DNA of 64,000 nucleotides from Escherichia coli (GTDB lineage Bacteria; Pseudomonadota; Gammaproteobacteria; Enterobacterales; Enterobacteriaceae): NCBI RefSeq assembly GCF_003334305.1, contig NZ_QOWS01000019.1; one strand, 5' to 3'. Shown piece by piece: positions 11,766 to 22,849 of this stretch (position 1 is its first letter; each line of letters starts with the position of its first letter). The notes under the pieces were generated by a model. It saw only the letters and a program-made list of their open reading frames with translations, ran no database searches and was not told where the DNA came from. The position numbers and the translations under genes were made by a program.

Positions 11766-12402
11766 CAATTATTATCAACAACTTGGAAGGAGTAAGACTA
11801 CCCGTGGCGATTCAATATTAGATCATTGATGGAGATATAAATGGCTCACTTTTTATCGGTTGTTGACGATACGTTTATCAAGTATACATGAAAATTTCTT
11901 CATACCAGCTATATGAGACGTTAAGACTAATAATCTTACTCCCAAAATGACTATGTTGTTGCAGTTTGGTTTATTGACTCTTGTCTATAGTTCACCGAAT
12001 GCCAAGATGAGGGAGCGAGGAACTTTACTGTCTACGCCTCTCTTCCTGGTTACAAAGACAAGCGTAAAACTCACCATCCATTAGAACTAAAGGCACTTTC
12101 CTGAGCAGAGTTTTCATCTGCAAGATAAAAGCTATTTTACAGCCGTAAAGTCCAGTGAAACGAAAGAGAGGTTAGTGAATTAATTACTTGATGTATTAAA
12201 GTATAATGGGCGTAGATAACACCTTAATACGAAATCTTGTCAGGCTTTCCCGGTAATTAGTAATACTGTTGAAACAAAGCGAGAGGGGGTTAGCCCAATT
12301 TACGCAAATAAATAATAATCTTGATTATGATTAATTCCAAATAAGTATATTTTTCCAGTAGATGCTGGGCATTAACTAAGAAAACCCAGAATACCACTTT
12401 CA

Positions 12403-13611
12403 TTGTTATGGAAAACATGGACAATGTTAATGAAATATATTTCTCACCGCGCCATCATTTGTACCTTGACACTGTTGATCATTATTATCACCGTTTTGTT
12501 CACCTTTCTGAGAAGCTCTGATGTGCCAGAATATATTACTGCCCCGGTGCGCAAAGGCGATATAGAAAATTCTGTTCTGGCGACAGGCCGTATTGATGCA
12601 ATTGAACGGGTAAACGTAGGGGCACAGGTATCAGGGCAATTAAAATCACTGAAAGTGAAACAGGGCGACCATGTGACTAAAGGGCAGTTGATTGCCGAAA
12701 TTGACGACCTACCTCAGTGTAACGATTTGCGTAATGCCGAAGCTGCACTCAACGAAGTGAAAGCAGAACTTCAATCCAAGCAGGCGCTCCTGAAACAGGC
12801 TGAACTGCGTTTTAAACGCCAGCTCCGGATGCTAAGAGAAAATGCCAGCTCACACGAAGATTTTGAGTCTGCGGAGGCAATGCTTGCGACCACTCGCGCT
12901 GAATTACATTCTCTGAATGCCAAACTGGTCCAGGCACAGATAGAAGTAGATAAGAAAAAGCTTGCCCTTGAATATACGCGAGTCGTAGCGCCAATGGATG
13001 GAATTGTTATTGCCATTGTCACTCAGCAAGGGCAAACCGTTAACTCAAACCAGAGTGCCCCAACAATTATTAAACTCGCTCGTCTGGATGTCATGACCAT
13101 TAAAGCACAGATCTCCGAGGCTGATATAACCCGTATTTCTGTGGGGCAAAAAGCCCGCTTCTCTATCTTCTCCGAACCGGACAAGCACTACAGCGCAACA
13201 CTGCGTGCCGTTGAACTGGCACCAGAATCGGTAATGAAAGATGACTCTCTCGCCAGCAACACTTCAGCATCAGGCTCCGGAACTTCAAATGCGTCCGTTT
13301 ATTACAATGCTCTATTCGATGTGCCTAACCCAGAAAATCGACTTCGTATTGCCATGACTGCTCAGGTTACCCTGATTACTGATGAAGCCCAAAATACACT
13401 GCTGGTACCCATTCAGGCAGTGCACAGAAATGAGGGGAAGAAGCAACAGGTCCTGGTGCTGGCAGCAGATGGCAGGCTGGAACCCCGGAATGTGAAAACT
13501 GGTATCACGAACAGCGTGGATATTCAGATCCTCGAAGGTTTAAATGTCGGAGAAAATGTCGTGCTGTCGCTGCCGGATAAGAAAGAGCCCGAAGAAAGGA
13601 TTATGCTGTGA
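12403..13611 (+). CDS. etsA: EtsA, periplasmic membrane-fusion protein (MacA/HlyD family)
   Basis: 402-aa ORF with N-terminal membrane anchor, coiled-coil and lipoyl/beta-barrel regions; first of three tightly linked genes. True start may be at the Met at 12427 or 12433. Confidence 0.85.
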   Translation: MLWKTWTMLMKYISHRAIICTLTLLIIIITVLFTFLRSSDVPEYITAPVRKGDIENSVLATGRIDAIERVNVGAQVSGQLKSLKVKQGDHVTKGQLIAEIDDLPQCNDLRNAEAALNEVKAELQSKQALLKQAELRFKRQLRMLRENASSHEDFESAEAMLATTRAELHSLNAKLVQAQIEVDKKKLALEYTRVVAPMDGIVIAIVTQQGQTVNSNQSAPTIIKLARLDVMTIKAQISEADITRISVGQKARFSIFSEPDKHYSATLRAVELAPESVMKDDSLASNTSASGSGTSNASVYYNALFDVPNPENRLRIAMTAQVTLITDEAQNTLLVPIQAVHRNEGKKQQVLVLAADGRLEPRNVKTGITNSVDIQILEGLNVGENVVLSLPDKKEPEERIML

Positions 13612-15548
13612 AAAAACTTATTGAGTTAAAAGGGGTTAGCCGAACTTATGGCAACGGAGATCAAACGCGGACCGTCCTGAAAAATGTCGATTTGACAATC
13701 GTTGCTGGAGAAATGGTGGCAATCATTGGAGTCTCTGGCTCAGGCAAATCAACCTTAATGAACATAATGGGTTGCCTTGACGTACCCAATAGAGGTGATT
13801 ACTACATCGACGGACAAAATGCCGCCTGTCTTTCACCCGATGAGCTGGCTAGAGTGCGCCGGGAACACATTGGCTTTATATTCCAGCGCTACCATTTGAT
13901 ACCTGATCTTAGCGCACTTGGTAACGTGGAGATCCCGGCCATTTACGCCAACAGCGAACGCGACAGCCGTCGGCAACGTGCAACGGCGTTGCTGGGCAGA
14001 CTGGGACTGGAAGGACGTGAGCATCATAAACCTTGCGAACTTTCAGGCGGTCAGCAGCAACGCGTCAGTATTGCCCGAGCACTGATCAACGGTGGAAAGA
14101 TAATTTTGGCGGATGAGCCAACTGGTGCTCTGGATTCGCAATCCGGGCAAGAAGTGTTAGCCATTCTGAATGAACTTAATCGACGTGGTCATACTGTAGT
14201 AATGGTGACCCACGATATGAAGGTCGCCCGGCACGCAAAGCGAATCATTGAGCTGTGTGATGGCGAAATCATCGCTGATAGTGGAGGTTGCGTATCTGCG
14301 ACGGAAACACTACCAAAAACCAACAGAATCCGGCAAAGCTATTGGAAAACACTGCTCGATCGAACGCGTGAATCGATGCAAATGGCGCTAAAAGCGATGA
14401 AGACGCATCGCTTACGCACCACGCTTACCATGATCGGGATTGTTTTTGGTATCGCCTCCGTTGTCACTGTTGTGGCATTGGGTGAAGGAGCCAGGCAAGA
14501 AACACTGGAAGAGATTAAAAGTCTGGGGACAAACGTGGTCAGCATTTATCCCGGGCAGGATTTGTTCGATGACAGCATTGAGAGTATTAGAACATTGGTA
14601 CCTGCTGACGCAAATGCACTGGCGAAGCAAGGGTTTATCGATAGCGTCAGCCCGGAAGTTAGCGCTTCAGACAACATTCGTTTTCTGGGTAAATCTGCGA
14701 TAGCGTCCATTAACGGCGTTGGGCGGGAACATTTCCGGGTAAAAGGTATTGAGTTGTTGCAAGGGACTACTTTTAGAGACGATCGCAACGCTCTACAGGA
14801 AGTTATTATCGATGAGAATACTCGTAAGGCCATTTTCGACAACACAGGGTTACAGGCTCTGGGGCAAATAGTCTTTCTTGGTTCTGTACCAGCACGAGTG
14901 GTTGGCATCGCTAAAAGTAACAACCGTAGTGATGCATCAAATCGCATTACTGTGTGGATGCCTTACAGCACGGTGATGTACCGTATTGTGGGTAAACCAG
15001 TTCTGACCGGTATTAGCGTCAGGCTAAAAGACAATGTGGATAACGAGGCTGCAATCAGCGCTATCTCCCAACTATTAACCCGGCGTCACGGCATAAAAGA
15101 CTTCCAGCTTTATAACTTTGAACAAATAAGAAAGTCTATCGAACACACCTCAATGACCTTCAGTATTTTAATTCTTATGGTCGCATGTATCTCACTAATG
15201 ATCGGCAGTATCGGGGTGATGAACATCATGTTGATTTCTGTAACGGAACGAACTCATGAAATTGGCGTACGAATGGCGGTTGGCGCGAGACGCAGCGACA
15301 TTATGCAACAGTTTATTATTGAGGCCGTATTGGTTTGCCTGATTGGTGGCGCACTCGGTATTGCACTGTCGTATATCACAGGTGCGCTCTTTAACGCTCT
15401 GGCGGACGGGATATTCGCAGCTATATATTCGTGGCAGGCTGCTGTTGCTGCATTTTTTTGCTCAACCTTAATCGGCATAATCTTCGGGTATCTCCCAGCC
15501 CGCAAGGCAGCAAGGATGGACCCGGTTATTTCACTGGCCAGCGAATAA
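13608..15548 (+). CDS. etsB: EtsB, MacB-type ABC transporter (fused ATPase and FtsX-like permease)
   Basis: 646-aa ORF: Walker A GVSGSGKSTL, signature LSGGQQQRVSIARAL, Walker B ILADEPTGALD, C-terminal transmembrane permease; 4-bp overlap with etsA. Confidence 0.9.
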   Translation: MKKLIELKGVSRTYGNGDQTRTVLKNVDLTIVAGEMVAIIGVSGSGKSTLMNIMGCLDVPNRGDYYIDGQNAACLSPDELARVRREHIGFIFQRYHLIPDLSALGNVEIPAIYANSERDSRRQRATALLGRLGLEGREHHKPCELSGGQQQRVSIARALINGGKIILADEPTGALDSQSGQEVLAILNELNRRGHTVVMVTHDMKVARHAKRIIELCDGEIIADSGGCVSATETLPKTNRIRQSYWKTLLDRTRESMQMALKAMKTHRLRTTLTMIGIVFGIASVVTVVALGEGARQETLEEIKSLGTNVVSIYPGQDLFDDSIESIRTLVPADANALAKQGFIDSVSPEVSASDNIRFLGKSAIASINGVGREHFRVKGIELLQGTTFRDDRNALQEVIIDENTRKAIFDNTGLQALGQIVFLGSVPARVVGIAKSNNRSDASNRITVWMPYSTVMYRIVGKPVLTGISVRLKDNVDNEAAISAISQLLTRRHGIKDFQLYNFEQIRKSIEHTSMTFSILILMVACISLMIGSIGVMNIMLISVTERTHEIGVRMAVGARRSDIMQQFIIEAVLVCLIGGALGIALSYITGALFNALADGIFAAIYSWQAAVAAFFCSTLIGIIFGYLPARKAARMDPVISLASE

Positions 15549-15551
15549 TAT

Positions 15552-16922
15552 ATGAAAATTTTATCATCGTTGACTTTATGCCTTATCACCGCACTCTGTT
15601 CAGGTTGCACAAACGTGCTGAAAAGTGACTATCGCGCTCCCGAAGTGAACTATCCCATCAACTGGACCAAGGGCGATGTGGACGGAAATACATCCCCGTT
15701 TGACTGGGAAGAATTTAACGATCCTAATCTCGATAACTGGCTTCACCTGGTGATGACAAGTAATAACGACATAGCTATAGCTGCACTGCGGATACATCGG
15801 GCGCAGCTGGATGCGGAAAGAACAGGTATCACCAATACTCCTGCACTAAAGGCGGCACTGAGTATGGACGGAAAAAAACAGCTGAATAACTCGTCCGGCT
15901 GGGCAAAAAGCGGTTCTGCCAGCCTTGGCACCAGCTATGAGCTGGATCTCTGGGGAAAAATTGCCCGTCAGCGTGATGTTGCTGAGTGGGCAGTCCATGC
16001 CAGTGAAGAAGATTTTCGCTCCGCGCGCCTGATGCTGCTTTCAGAGGCCAGCAATAATTACTGGCGTATCGGTTTTGTAAATCAACAAATTACCACCCTC
16101 CAGCAGAGTATTGACTATGCAAAAGAGACGCTGCGTCTGGCCGAGGTTCGCTATCGTGCAGGAAATATCTCGTCGCTGGATGTGATTGACGCGCAGCAAA
16201 ACCTGCTCACGCAAGAGAACCAGCTTACAGGGCTACAACGAGAACATTCACAGCTACTCAATCAGCAGGCCGTTTTGCTCGGCACCGTGCCCGGTTGCCA
16301 GATAGTCGAGCCCACAACGCTGCCAAAAGGAAGCCTGCCTAAGGTCAATGCGAATATTCCTGCCAGCATACTGATGCGCCGGCCTGACATAAGTGCTAAA
16401 GAGTGGCAGTTGCGTGAGGCGCTAGCTACGGTTGATATCAAGCGTAGCGAATATTACCCCACCTTCAACCTGACAGGCGCTTTGGGTACCAGCAGCGCTT
16501 CGCTACTGGCATTACTGCATAATCCGGTCGGTTCCGTAGGCGCTAACCTGACGCTACCGTTCCTGGAGTGGCGACAGCGGGACATAGAGGTAAAAATTGC
16601 CCGTAACGATTACGAACAGCGAGTGCTGGAGTTTAAACAGCTACTTTATAAGGCAATGAGCAGTATAGAGGACGCGCTTTCATTTCGTAACCAGTTGCTG
16701 CTTCAGGAGACAAGACTCAGGGAAGAACTGGAACTTGCACGTAAGTCAGAGTGGTTAAACGAAGTTCGTTACCGGCATGGTGCAGTACGTATTTCATTCT
16801 GGCTTGATGCTCAGGAAAAACGTCGTCAGGCGGAGCTGCGACTGGATGAAAACCGCTTCAATCAGTTGCAGAATCTAGCAAAAATTTATCTTGAGTTTGG
16901 CGGGGCATCAACCTTTCCTTAA
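15552..16922 (+). CDS. etsC: EtsC, TolC-like outer membrane efflux lipoprotein
   Basis: 456-aa ORF with lipoprotein signal (LITALCSGC) and outer-membrane-factor repeats; starts 4 bp after etsB. Confidence 0.85.
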   Translation: MKILSSLTLCLITALCSGCTNVLKSDYRAPEVNYPINWTKGDVDGNTSPFDWEEFNDPNLDNWLHLVMTSNNDIAIAALRIHRAQLDAERTGITNTPALKAALSMDGKKQLNNSSGWAKSGSASLGTSYELDLWGKIARQRDVAEWAVHASEEDFRSARLMLLSEASNNYWRIGFVNQQITTLQQSIDYAKETLRLAEVRYRAGNISSLDVIDAQQNLLTQENQLTGLQREHSQLLNQQAVLLGTVPGCQIVEPTTLPKGSLPKVNANIPASILMRRPDISAKEWQLREALATVDIKRSEYYPTFNLTGALGTSSASLLALLHNPVGSVGANLTLPFLEWRQRDIEVKIARNDYEQRVLEFKQLLYKAMSSIEDALSFRNQLLLQETRLREELELARKSEWLNEVRYRHGAVRISFWLDAQEKRRQAELRLDENRFNQLQNLAKIYLEFGGASTFP

Positions 16923-17254
16923 GTCTAATTGGGGACAACCAGGAGCAATAAGGAGTGAAAAATAGCCACAGCTGAAAACACCATAGCCATTGACATTTGA
17001 GCTTTACCTGCTCTTGAAAACAAAAAATCACTGTTAAGCGCAATGCTATTCACTTCAGCAGAGCAGTATTGCGTGTCACGAGCATGTTTACCATTCTGTG
17101 TAAATATCTTTTCTTAAAAGTGATCATCAAAGCAGTCATCAAACTCGATAAATATCCACCGGCATAGCGTAATGCCGAGCAATTAAGGATCAATTGACCG
17201 CTCCTTAAACTGCGGCACTATAACGGCTTCTACAACAGGGAGCCGTTTTCTTGT

Positions 17255-17623
17255 GCATAGAAAACCCCCAGCTAGGCTGGGGGTTCCGGAAAGCTTTCAG
17301 CTTTGAGCCAGTTATTAAAACCCCTTTTGATTTGTTAAAACACCTTGCGGTCTGGCAACTGCAAGTGTCAAACAAGAAATCAAAAGGGGGTCCCAATGGG
17401 GAACGAAAAGAGCTTAGCGCACACCCGATGGAACTGTAAATATCACATAGTATTTGCGCCAAAATACCGAAGACAGGTGTTCTACAGAGAGAAGCGTAGA
17501 GCAATAGGCTGTATTTTGAGAAAGCTGTGTGAGTGGAAAAGTGTACGGATTCTGGAAGCTGAATGCTGTGCAGATCATATCCATATGCTACAATGTTTGT
17601 CAAAGCTCAGTGAAAATGTCTAA
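17255..17623 (+). mobile_element. IS200 remnant (left end hairpins plus truncated tnpA)
   Basis: Terminator-like hairpin AAAACCCCCAGCTAGGCTGGGGGTTCC, a hairpin that sequesters the ribosome-binding site (CCCCTTTTGATTTG...CAAATCAAAAGGGGG), then TnpA residues MGNEKSLAHTRWNCKYHIVFAPKYRRQ... ending prematurely after about 76 aa. Confidence 0.7.
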
Positions 17624-17648
17624 TCACTGGCTCATTATAAATGTCCAT

Positions 17649-17689
17649 ATATTGAAAAGGCCGCTGCGAAAATCCCTCCCGCAGCGGCC
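17649..17689 (-). terminator. Rho-independent terminator downstream of the HEPN-motif gene
   Basis: Inverted repeat GGCCGCTGCG/CGCAGCGGCC (10-bp stem, 11-nt loop) followed on the minus strand by TTTTCAATAT. Confidence 0.5.
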
Positions 17690-17718
17690 TCTTTAGCATA
17701 ACGTCATTATGCGAACCA

Positions 17719-18660
17719 TCACTTAATGTTCTTCTCGCATTTTAAGAGAAATAGTAAATTTGTAGCAGTAAGATGAAGCATATAGCTTACCAATTCTTCC
17801 GGAACCTCTTTAATATCAGCTCCTTGCCCATGACCTGCATTTTTGTTTCTGATGGTTGGAATTCCTGTTTCCAGCATTGTTTTCAGACTTGTGAACTGGC
17901 TTTGTAAATATGCCGGAATTAAATTTTGACTTAAACAGCTATTTATTAGTTTTGATGCTGTATCATTAGGACTATATTTCCAGTTATTCTTATCATGTAT
18001 TGCTTTCATTATACTTTCAAATGATTTCAGACAATCATTTAGACATTCTTTATAACGCTTATGCCTGTAATGCTCATGCGCAGCAAGGAATTCATCATTG
18101 GCGCCTTCAAACAAGGGTTCTCCACTTAAAAGAATCAGGGTTGGCTTTACGACATCAGCATGAATCAATTGAGAGTCTATCCTTATTATCTCTTCAGATT
18201 CAAACTGATAACCAACCCCATGTTCTCTAAACCTTTCATTTAGTTCAATAACTGCATCTCCAGGACTTTGACTTGTTATGTCTTTGAATTCATAATGGTT
18301 TTTCGCAACGTGGCTCACTAGTATCTGGAAGCATATTTCTATGAAATCTAGGCATTTCTCTGTATTTCTCTCTTTAAGGAAAAAGTCGACAAGAGCGTCA
18401 AAGTCATTCTTTGCAAATTCCTTCAAAGAAAAAACACCATATTCCTTAGAAAGTATCTCATGGATATATGCATATACTTTGTCAGCTTCATTTCTATACG
18501 ATGTGTAGCGTTCATTAGAAGAGGGGAAGCCGATAGAATCAGTTATTATTTTAATTATTTGCACCCTGAGTGCATGTGGAATATTGTTATATTGATATAC
18601 GTCATTTACTTCGCCACGAATTTTTCTTTGTCTCTTAGAATAAATATTAATAATTGCCAT
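17719..18660 (-). CDS. HEPN-motif protein, possibly AbiJ-like abortive-infection/defence protein (candidate)
   Basis: 313-aa ORF, about 33% GC by eye, with an R-x5-H motif (IRNKNAGHGQG) near the C-terminus in a predicted helical region; own terminator; flanked by IS remnants. Family assignment is by motif only. Confidence 0.45.
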   Translation of the reverse strand: MAIINIYSKRQRKIRGEVNDVYQYNNIPHALRVQIIKIITDSIGFPSSNERYTSYRNEADKVYAYIHEILSKEYGVFSLKEFAKNDFDALVDFFLKERNTEKCLDFIEICFQILVSHVAKNHYEFKDITSQSPGDAVIELNERFREHGVGYQFESEEIIRIDSQLIHADVVKPTLILLSGEPLFEGANDEFLAAHEHYRHKRYKECLNDCLKSFESIMKAIHDKNNWKYSPNDTASKLINSCLSQNLIPAYLQSQFTSLKTMLETGIPTIRNKNAGHGQGADIKEVPEELVSYMLHLTATNLLFLLKCEKNIK

Positions 18661-18894
18661 GAAATAGCCTCAAGATTTTTTTACATGCTGTTCTGTGATA
18701 CTTGCTGTTTGGCTCTTTGCACCGCGAAGCGGTTCGGGGTTCTGTGACACCCGAATTTTACCTCGGTTTCCTTTGTATATAATATCATTGAAGTTATTTG
18801 CATTTCTCAGAAATCTTCTCTGGCTTTGATTGCAATAGCCGAAAGATAGCGCACACATCGCCGTTGGTCAGTTAGTACGAGGTTTCCGCCAAGT

Positions 18895-20284
18895 TCACCT
18901 TTTACCAAAGATGGCCTCAGAGCTTCCCTGAAGCTTTATCATGGCTTCAAGTAGGTCATCTTCGTTCAGTGAGCGCTGAGATTTGTTGATGCTAGGGGCG
19001 TGCCGTCTGCGGGAAGGCTCATCACCAGAACAAGGTAACGATTGTGAGCGATTATTGTCCCGTTTTCTCTGGACCTGACGGGCAACATCCAACACATGGC
19101 CAAGTCTCTTGTTATCTACAATGGCGACGGGATCAACCTCAGAAAGCCGGTCATAGGTGGAGTAGGGCAGCAGCACGCCATTTAGTCGCAGCTCCTTATG
19201 TCCGTCAGGATAATGCCAGACATCAATATACTTGCCGATGGCTCTTCGACTGTACTCGTTGTCCTCAATCAGATAGAGCATTTTATCGTATTGTACAGTC
19301 AGATTTTTTGATACCCGGCGAGGCTCTCGCTAGGTAAATTCTGCATCAAGGTCATCGTCTAATGCCTGCGGCCGGTGCGCGTTAAAATCATGCAAGGGTT
19401 CTTTGGCAAAGCGCCGGTTATAATCCTTCTGCAAATGCATTGGCCGCTTCTATTGTACAGATCCCCTTAAGCCTGAGCTCCTTAACGAGTCGGTCCTGAA
19501 GTGTCAAATGAGCACGTTCAACGCGGCCTTTTGCCTGGCTGGTTTCAGCACACAAAGGAGTAATATTAAGGCAGCGCATGGCCCTGGCAAACTGGGTTTC
19601 GCCGGGGCCGGTGGTGGCGTGCTTATTATTGACTCTGAATACGCTGGCTTTATCGCTGTAGAGGATCATCGGTTTACCGTATTTCTCGATATAGCCACGT
19701 GTAGCTTCAAAATAGGTAAATGTGGACTCAGATTTCACAAACAGCAGGTGCATCAGGCGACTGGTGGCATCGTCAACATAGACCAGGGCAGAACAGGGTC
19801 GACCCCGGTTTTCAAACCAGTGGTGGTCGCAGCCATCAATTTGTATCAGCTCGCCAGTACAAGGACGCCGGTAACGAGGCTGATGAATTTTCGGTGCGCG
19901 TTGTCTGCGGGGAATCCAGAGTCCGGCCTTTATCATGAGACGTCGGATGGTTTCCTTTCCAAGGACCAGACCGTGAACTTCCTCCAGCTTTTCCCGCGCT
20001 AGCGTGGGGCCAAAATCACGGTAGTGCTCCCGGATTATACTGAGTGCCTGATCTGTCAGTGACGCTGGCAACAGACGGTTACCAGTGCGGCCACGACTCT
20101 GGTTGTTCATGCCAAGCGGCCCATACTGGCGATAACGTTTGAGCAGACGGCTGCAATGACGTGGCGTGATGCCCAGCATTTCGGCAGCCTGTCCAGGACG
20201 GATATTGCGATCGATGACATCCTGAAGGATTTTGAGGCGATTGATTTCTTTCACGGTGAACATTCCGGCGTCATTTATAGCCAT
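18895..20284 (-). pseudogene. Disrupted DDE transposase (rve-type integrase core), split into two frames
   Basis: 288-aa ORF with N-terminal helix-turn-helix and integrase core continues in another frame as a 128-aa ORF (18895-19281); possible imperfect terminal repeats near 18845 and 20403. Confidence 0.55.
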
Positions 20285-20470
20285 AGAAAACTCCTCATCA
20301 GGAAAAAGTGAGTCGTTGTCTAGACATAGGGATCTGAGAAACTATAGCCTGGACATTCCTAATGAGCCACAAATAGACATTAGCATTGAGCCTCTACAAT
20401 GTTTGTGCGCACAATCTATCTTATGTTAAATAACATTGAATATTAACTTACTTCATGAAGCTTACTGCTT

Positions 20471-20788
20471 CTATTTCCACTTCTTTTTCTTATTAATCGC
20501 TCCCCTAATCCACGCATTCATCTGCTCTACAGGCTCTAAAATATTTTTTCTGAGTACTGAGCACAAACTGCTCCATAAAAAACAGACCACAAGTTTGGGC
20601 ATGATACTGATGTAGTCACGTTTTATTGTTTTCATGAAGCTCTCTGCTATTCCATTACTCACCGGACTCCGCACCGCCGTGTTCTTCGATTTAAGTCCCA
20701 ACATCCGAGCGAACTGGCGTGTTTCATTAACCCGGTAGTCAGAGTCAGCGGTCGAAAGACCTCCCAGGTAGCTACTCTGCATACCCAC
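20471..20788 (-). pseudogene. IS2-like OrfB C-terminal fragment (divergent copy)
   Basis: 105-aa ORF containing [45 protein letters not shown], about 85% identical to the IS2 OrfB in this window. Confidence 0.6.
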
Positions 20789-20920
20789 TATAATGCAACT
20801 ATTCTCGTGACGTGTGTTTCAGCTCTCCCCCGGCTATGATACGAGATGGTATGGAGAGCCCTTCTGGGGCCACTGCCTGCACCAGATGCAACAGGAAGCC
20901 TGATATGAATGCAATTTCTG

Positions 20921-22114
20921 TCAGGACAGGCGGGTAACTTTCTGTGGCCATGGATCAGGGAATACTCCACCCGACATCCACCACTGAATTTCTTCTTCAG
21001 TCAACAAGCAAAGGGATAAGGCATGTGTAAAATCATTAACTTCAGTGGCATTGCCAATGATAGTCAACTGACAGCAGCGATCGCCAAATCGCCCAGAGGC
21101 TGTGTCGATGTGTCGCTGTAGCGCTGAACGTTCTTCACGAGTTAAATTATTGTCAGTATGTTCCAGTACTCCAGCTTTCCAGTAGCCAATGAGCGCCAGA
21201 CTGATGCTTCCTGCTGACTGATTCCAGAGCAGGGCAAGATCATCTCTCCCGGGGAGCCAAAAAAAACCTTTACTGCGATAAACGCCCATGCCCATAAAGC
21301 GGTGACAGGTATCCCATAATCTTTGCGGATGGAATGGCCTGTCGTCCCTGATGACGCGCCATATAAGTTCCTCATTGTTGCACGGAGTATCCATGTTTCC
21401 TACAAGTGCTTCCAGTTCACTGATGAGTAACTCAACACGGTCAAAATTGTAGTCCGGGATCGCCAGTAATGTGCTCAGTTCAATATTTCCCCATGATACC
21501 GCGAGCACATCCACGGAGGGGTTAAGTGGGTGTATGGCTTTTGCCACAGCGGAGATAATGTCAAAGGGCAGGCGGTCATTTCTGGTCAGCAGCAGCCTGT
21601 TGCAGAACATGATTTGCTCGGCCAGCAAATTCTCCAGGCCGCGTTTGTTATGCCGGAGATTTTCCTGAAGAGTGGGGATCAGTTTTTTCCCATCATTGTA
21701 ATCTTCATGGAGCATGACAGTATCAACGAGTGTTAAAAACGCCTTCAGGCGTACACGTGAATGGCGACGCAGGTATTTGACCAGAGGAAGCGGATGACTG
21801 CTTCCGGAGGTTTCAATCAGCATCACATCCGGCTTGTTGTGATCAAGCAGGTGGTTAATTGCGAGATCCATCTTTTTGAGGCCTGCGGGGCTGCTGATGC
21901 TGTCTGCGGTGATACTTACGAAATTATTGTCTTTTGCATCTACAATATCTGTGTTGGCGATCAGCACGCCGTCCACATCCAGTTCGCTCATGTCATTGAC
22001 TATGACAGAGACTGAAAGCTGTTTTTCGTGTGCCTGTATGAGCAGGTTTTTCAGCAGAGTGGTTTTCCCTGCGCCGAGGAAGCCATTGAGAATGATGACA
22101 GATGTTGTTTCCAT
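20921..22114 (-). CDS. COG0523-family (CobW/YjiA-like) P-loop GTPase lacking the canonical CxCC metal-binding motif
   Basis: Walker A GFLGAGKTTLL and Walker B-like LIETSG are present; the position expected for GCICC reads ADSISS. The ORF extends upstream to 22228; start at METTSV (22114) chosen as the conservative option. Confidence 0.7.
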   Translation of the reverse strand: METTSVIILNGFLGAGKTTLLKNLLIQAHEKQLSVSVIVNDMSELDVDGVLIANTDIVDAKDNNFVSITADSISSPAGLKKMDLAINHLLDHNKPDVMLIETSGSSHPLPLVKYLRRHSRVRLKAFLTLVDTVMLHEDYNDGKKLIPTLQENLRHNKRGLENLLAEQIMFCNRLLLTRNDRLPFDIISAVAKAIHPLNPSVDVLAVSWGNIELSTLLAIPDYNFDRVELLISELEALVGNMDTPCNNEELIWRVIRDDRPFHPQRLWDTCHRFMGMGVYRSKGFFWLPGRDDLALLWNQSAGSISLALIGYWKAGVLEHTDNNLTREERSALQRHIDTASGRFGDRCCQLTIIGNATEVNDFTHALSLCLLTEEEIQWWMSGGVFPDPWPQKVTRLS

Positions 22115-22849
22115 ATCAGCAGTACACCAGTTAGTTAGCGAGGAAGGCGCTTGGTGGTACAAAGAGCATCCGGATTGAATCGCATAACGTCGACGGGAGT
22201 TGTTGTCGTTTTTCCTGTGAGGTCTCAACCTGCCACAGAACGCACCGGACTTATTGGTATTTAGTCTCCATCAGCATAATTATCACCATTTTTATCTCCG
22301 GGGGAAGATTTGTTCTGAACAGGAGTGGGAGGTGTGACCTCCTGAAAGTAATTACAGATTGCTAGTTGTTGTATTTTTATTCGAATATGTCTCTTCGTAT
22401 CAGTGATAGCACCTAGATAAAGTATATTCCGGGAGCGTTATCTGTTCTAGATATCAGAGAGTCAGTCATTTGTAAAAAAGAGAGCTGCATCATTCTATTT
22501 TTCCTGTCTATTCACCCTGTTGTCGTATCTAAAAGACATCCGTTCCGAGGATGTCGGGCACCCGTTCTGTACTAAGATACATAGCTTTTGGGTCTGCACT
22601 ATTTGGAACCGACAGAAGTCTGTCTGTGATATCCGCATTTTTCTGTGTGCGATATATTCCGAAAAACTTCAAACCACTTAAAAGAGGTGTTTCCGGAGGA
22701 TAAGTTCGACCAGGGAATAGTGTTTCCTGGTAAGTGTGGCGGAGCCAGTTCACCAGGAGTATCTTTCTTATCCAGTTATACTGGATTTTATTAGATGATC
22801 ACCCTACCCTGCAGCAGTACGCTGACGGTGTTTTTTTGGGAGAACCATT

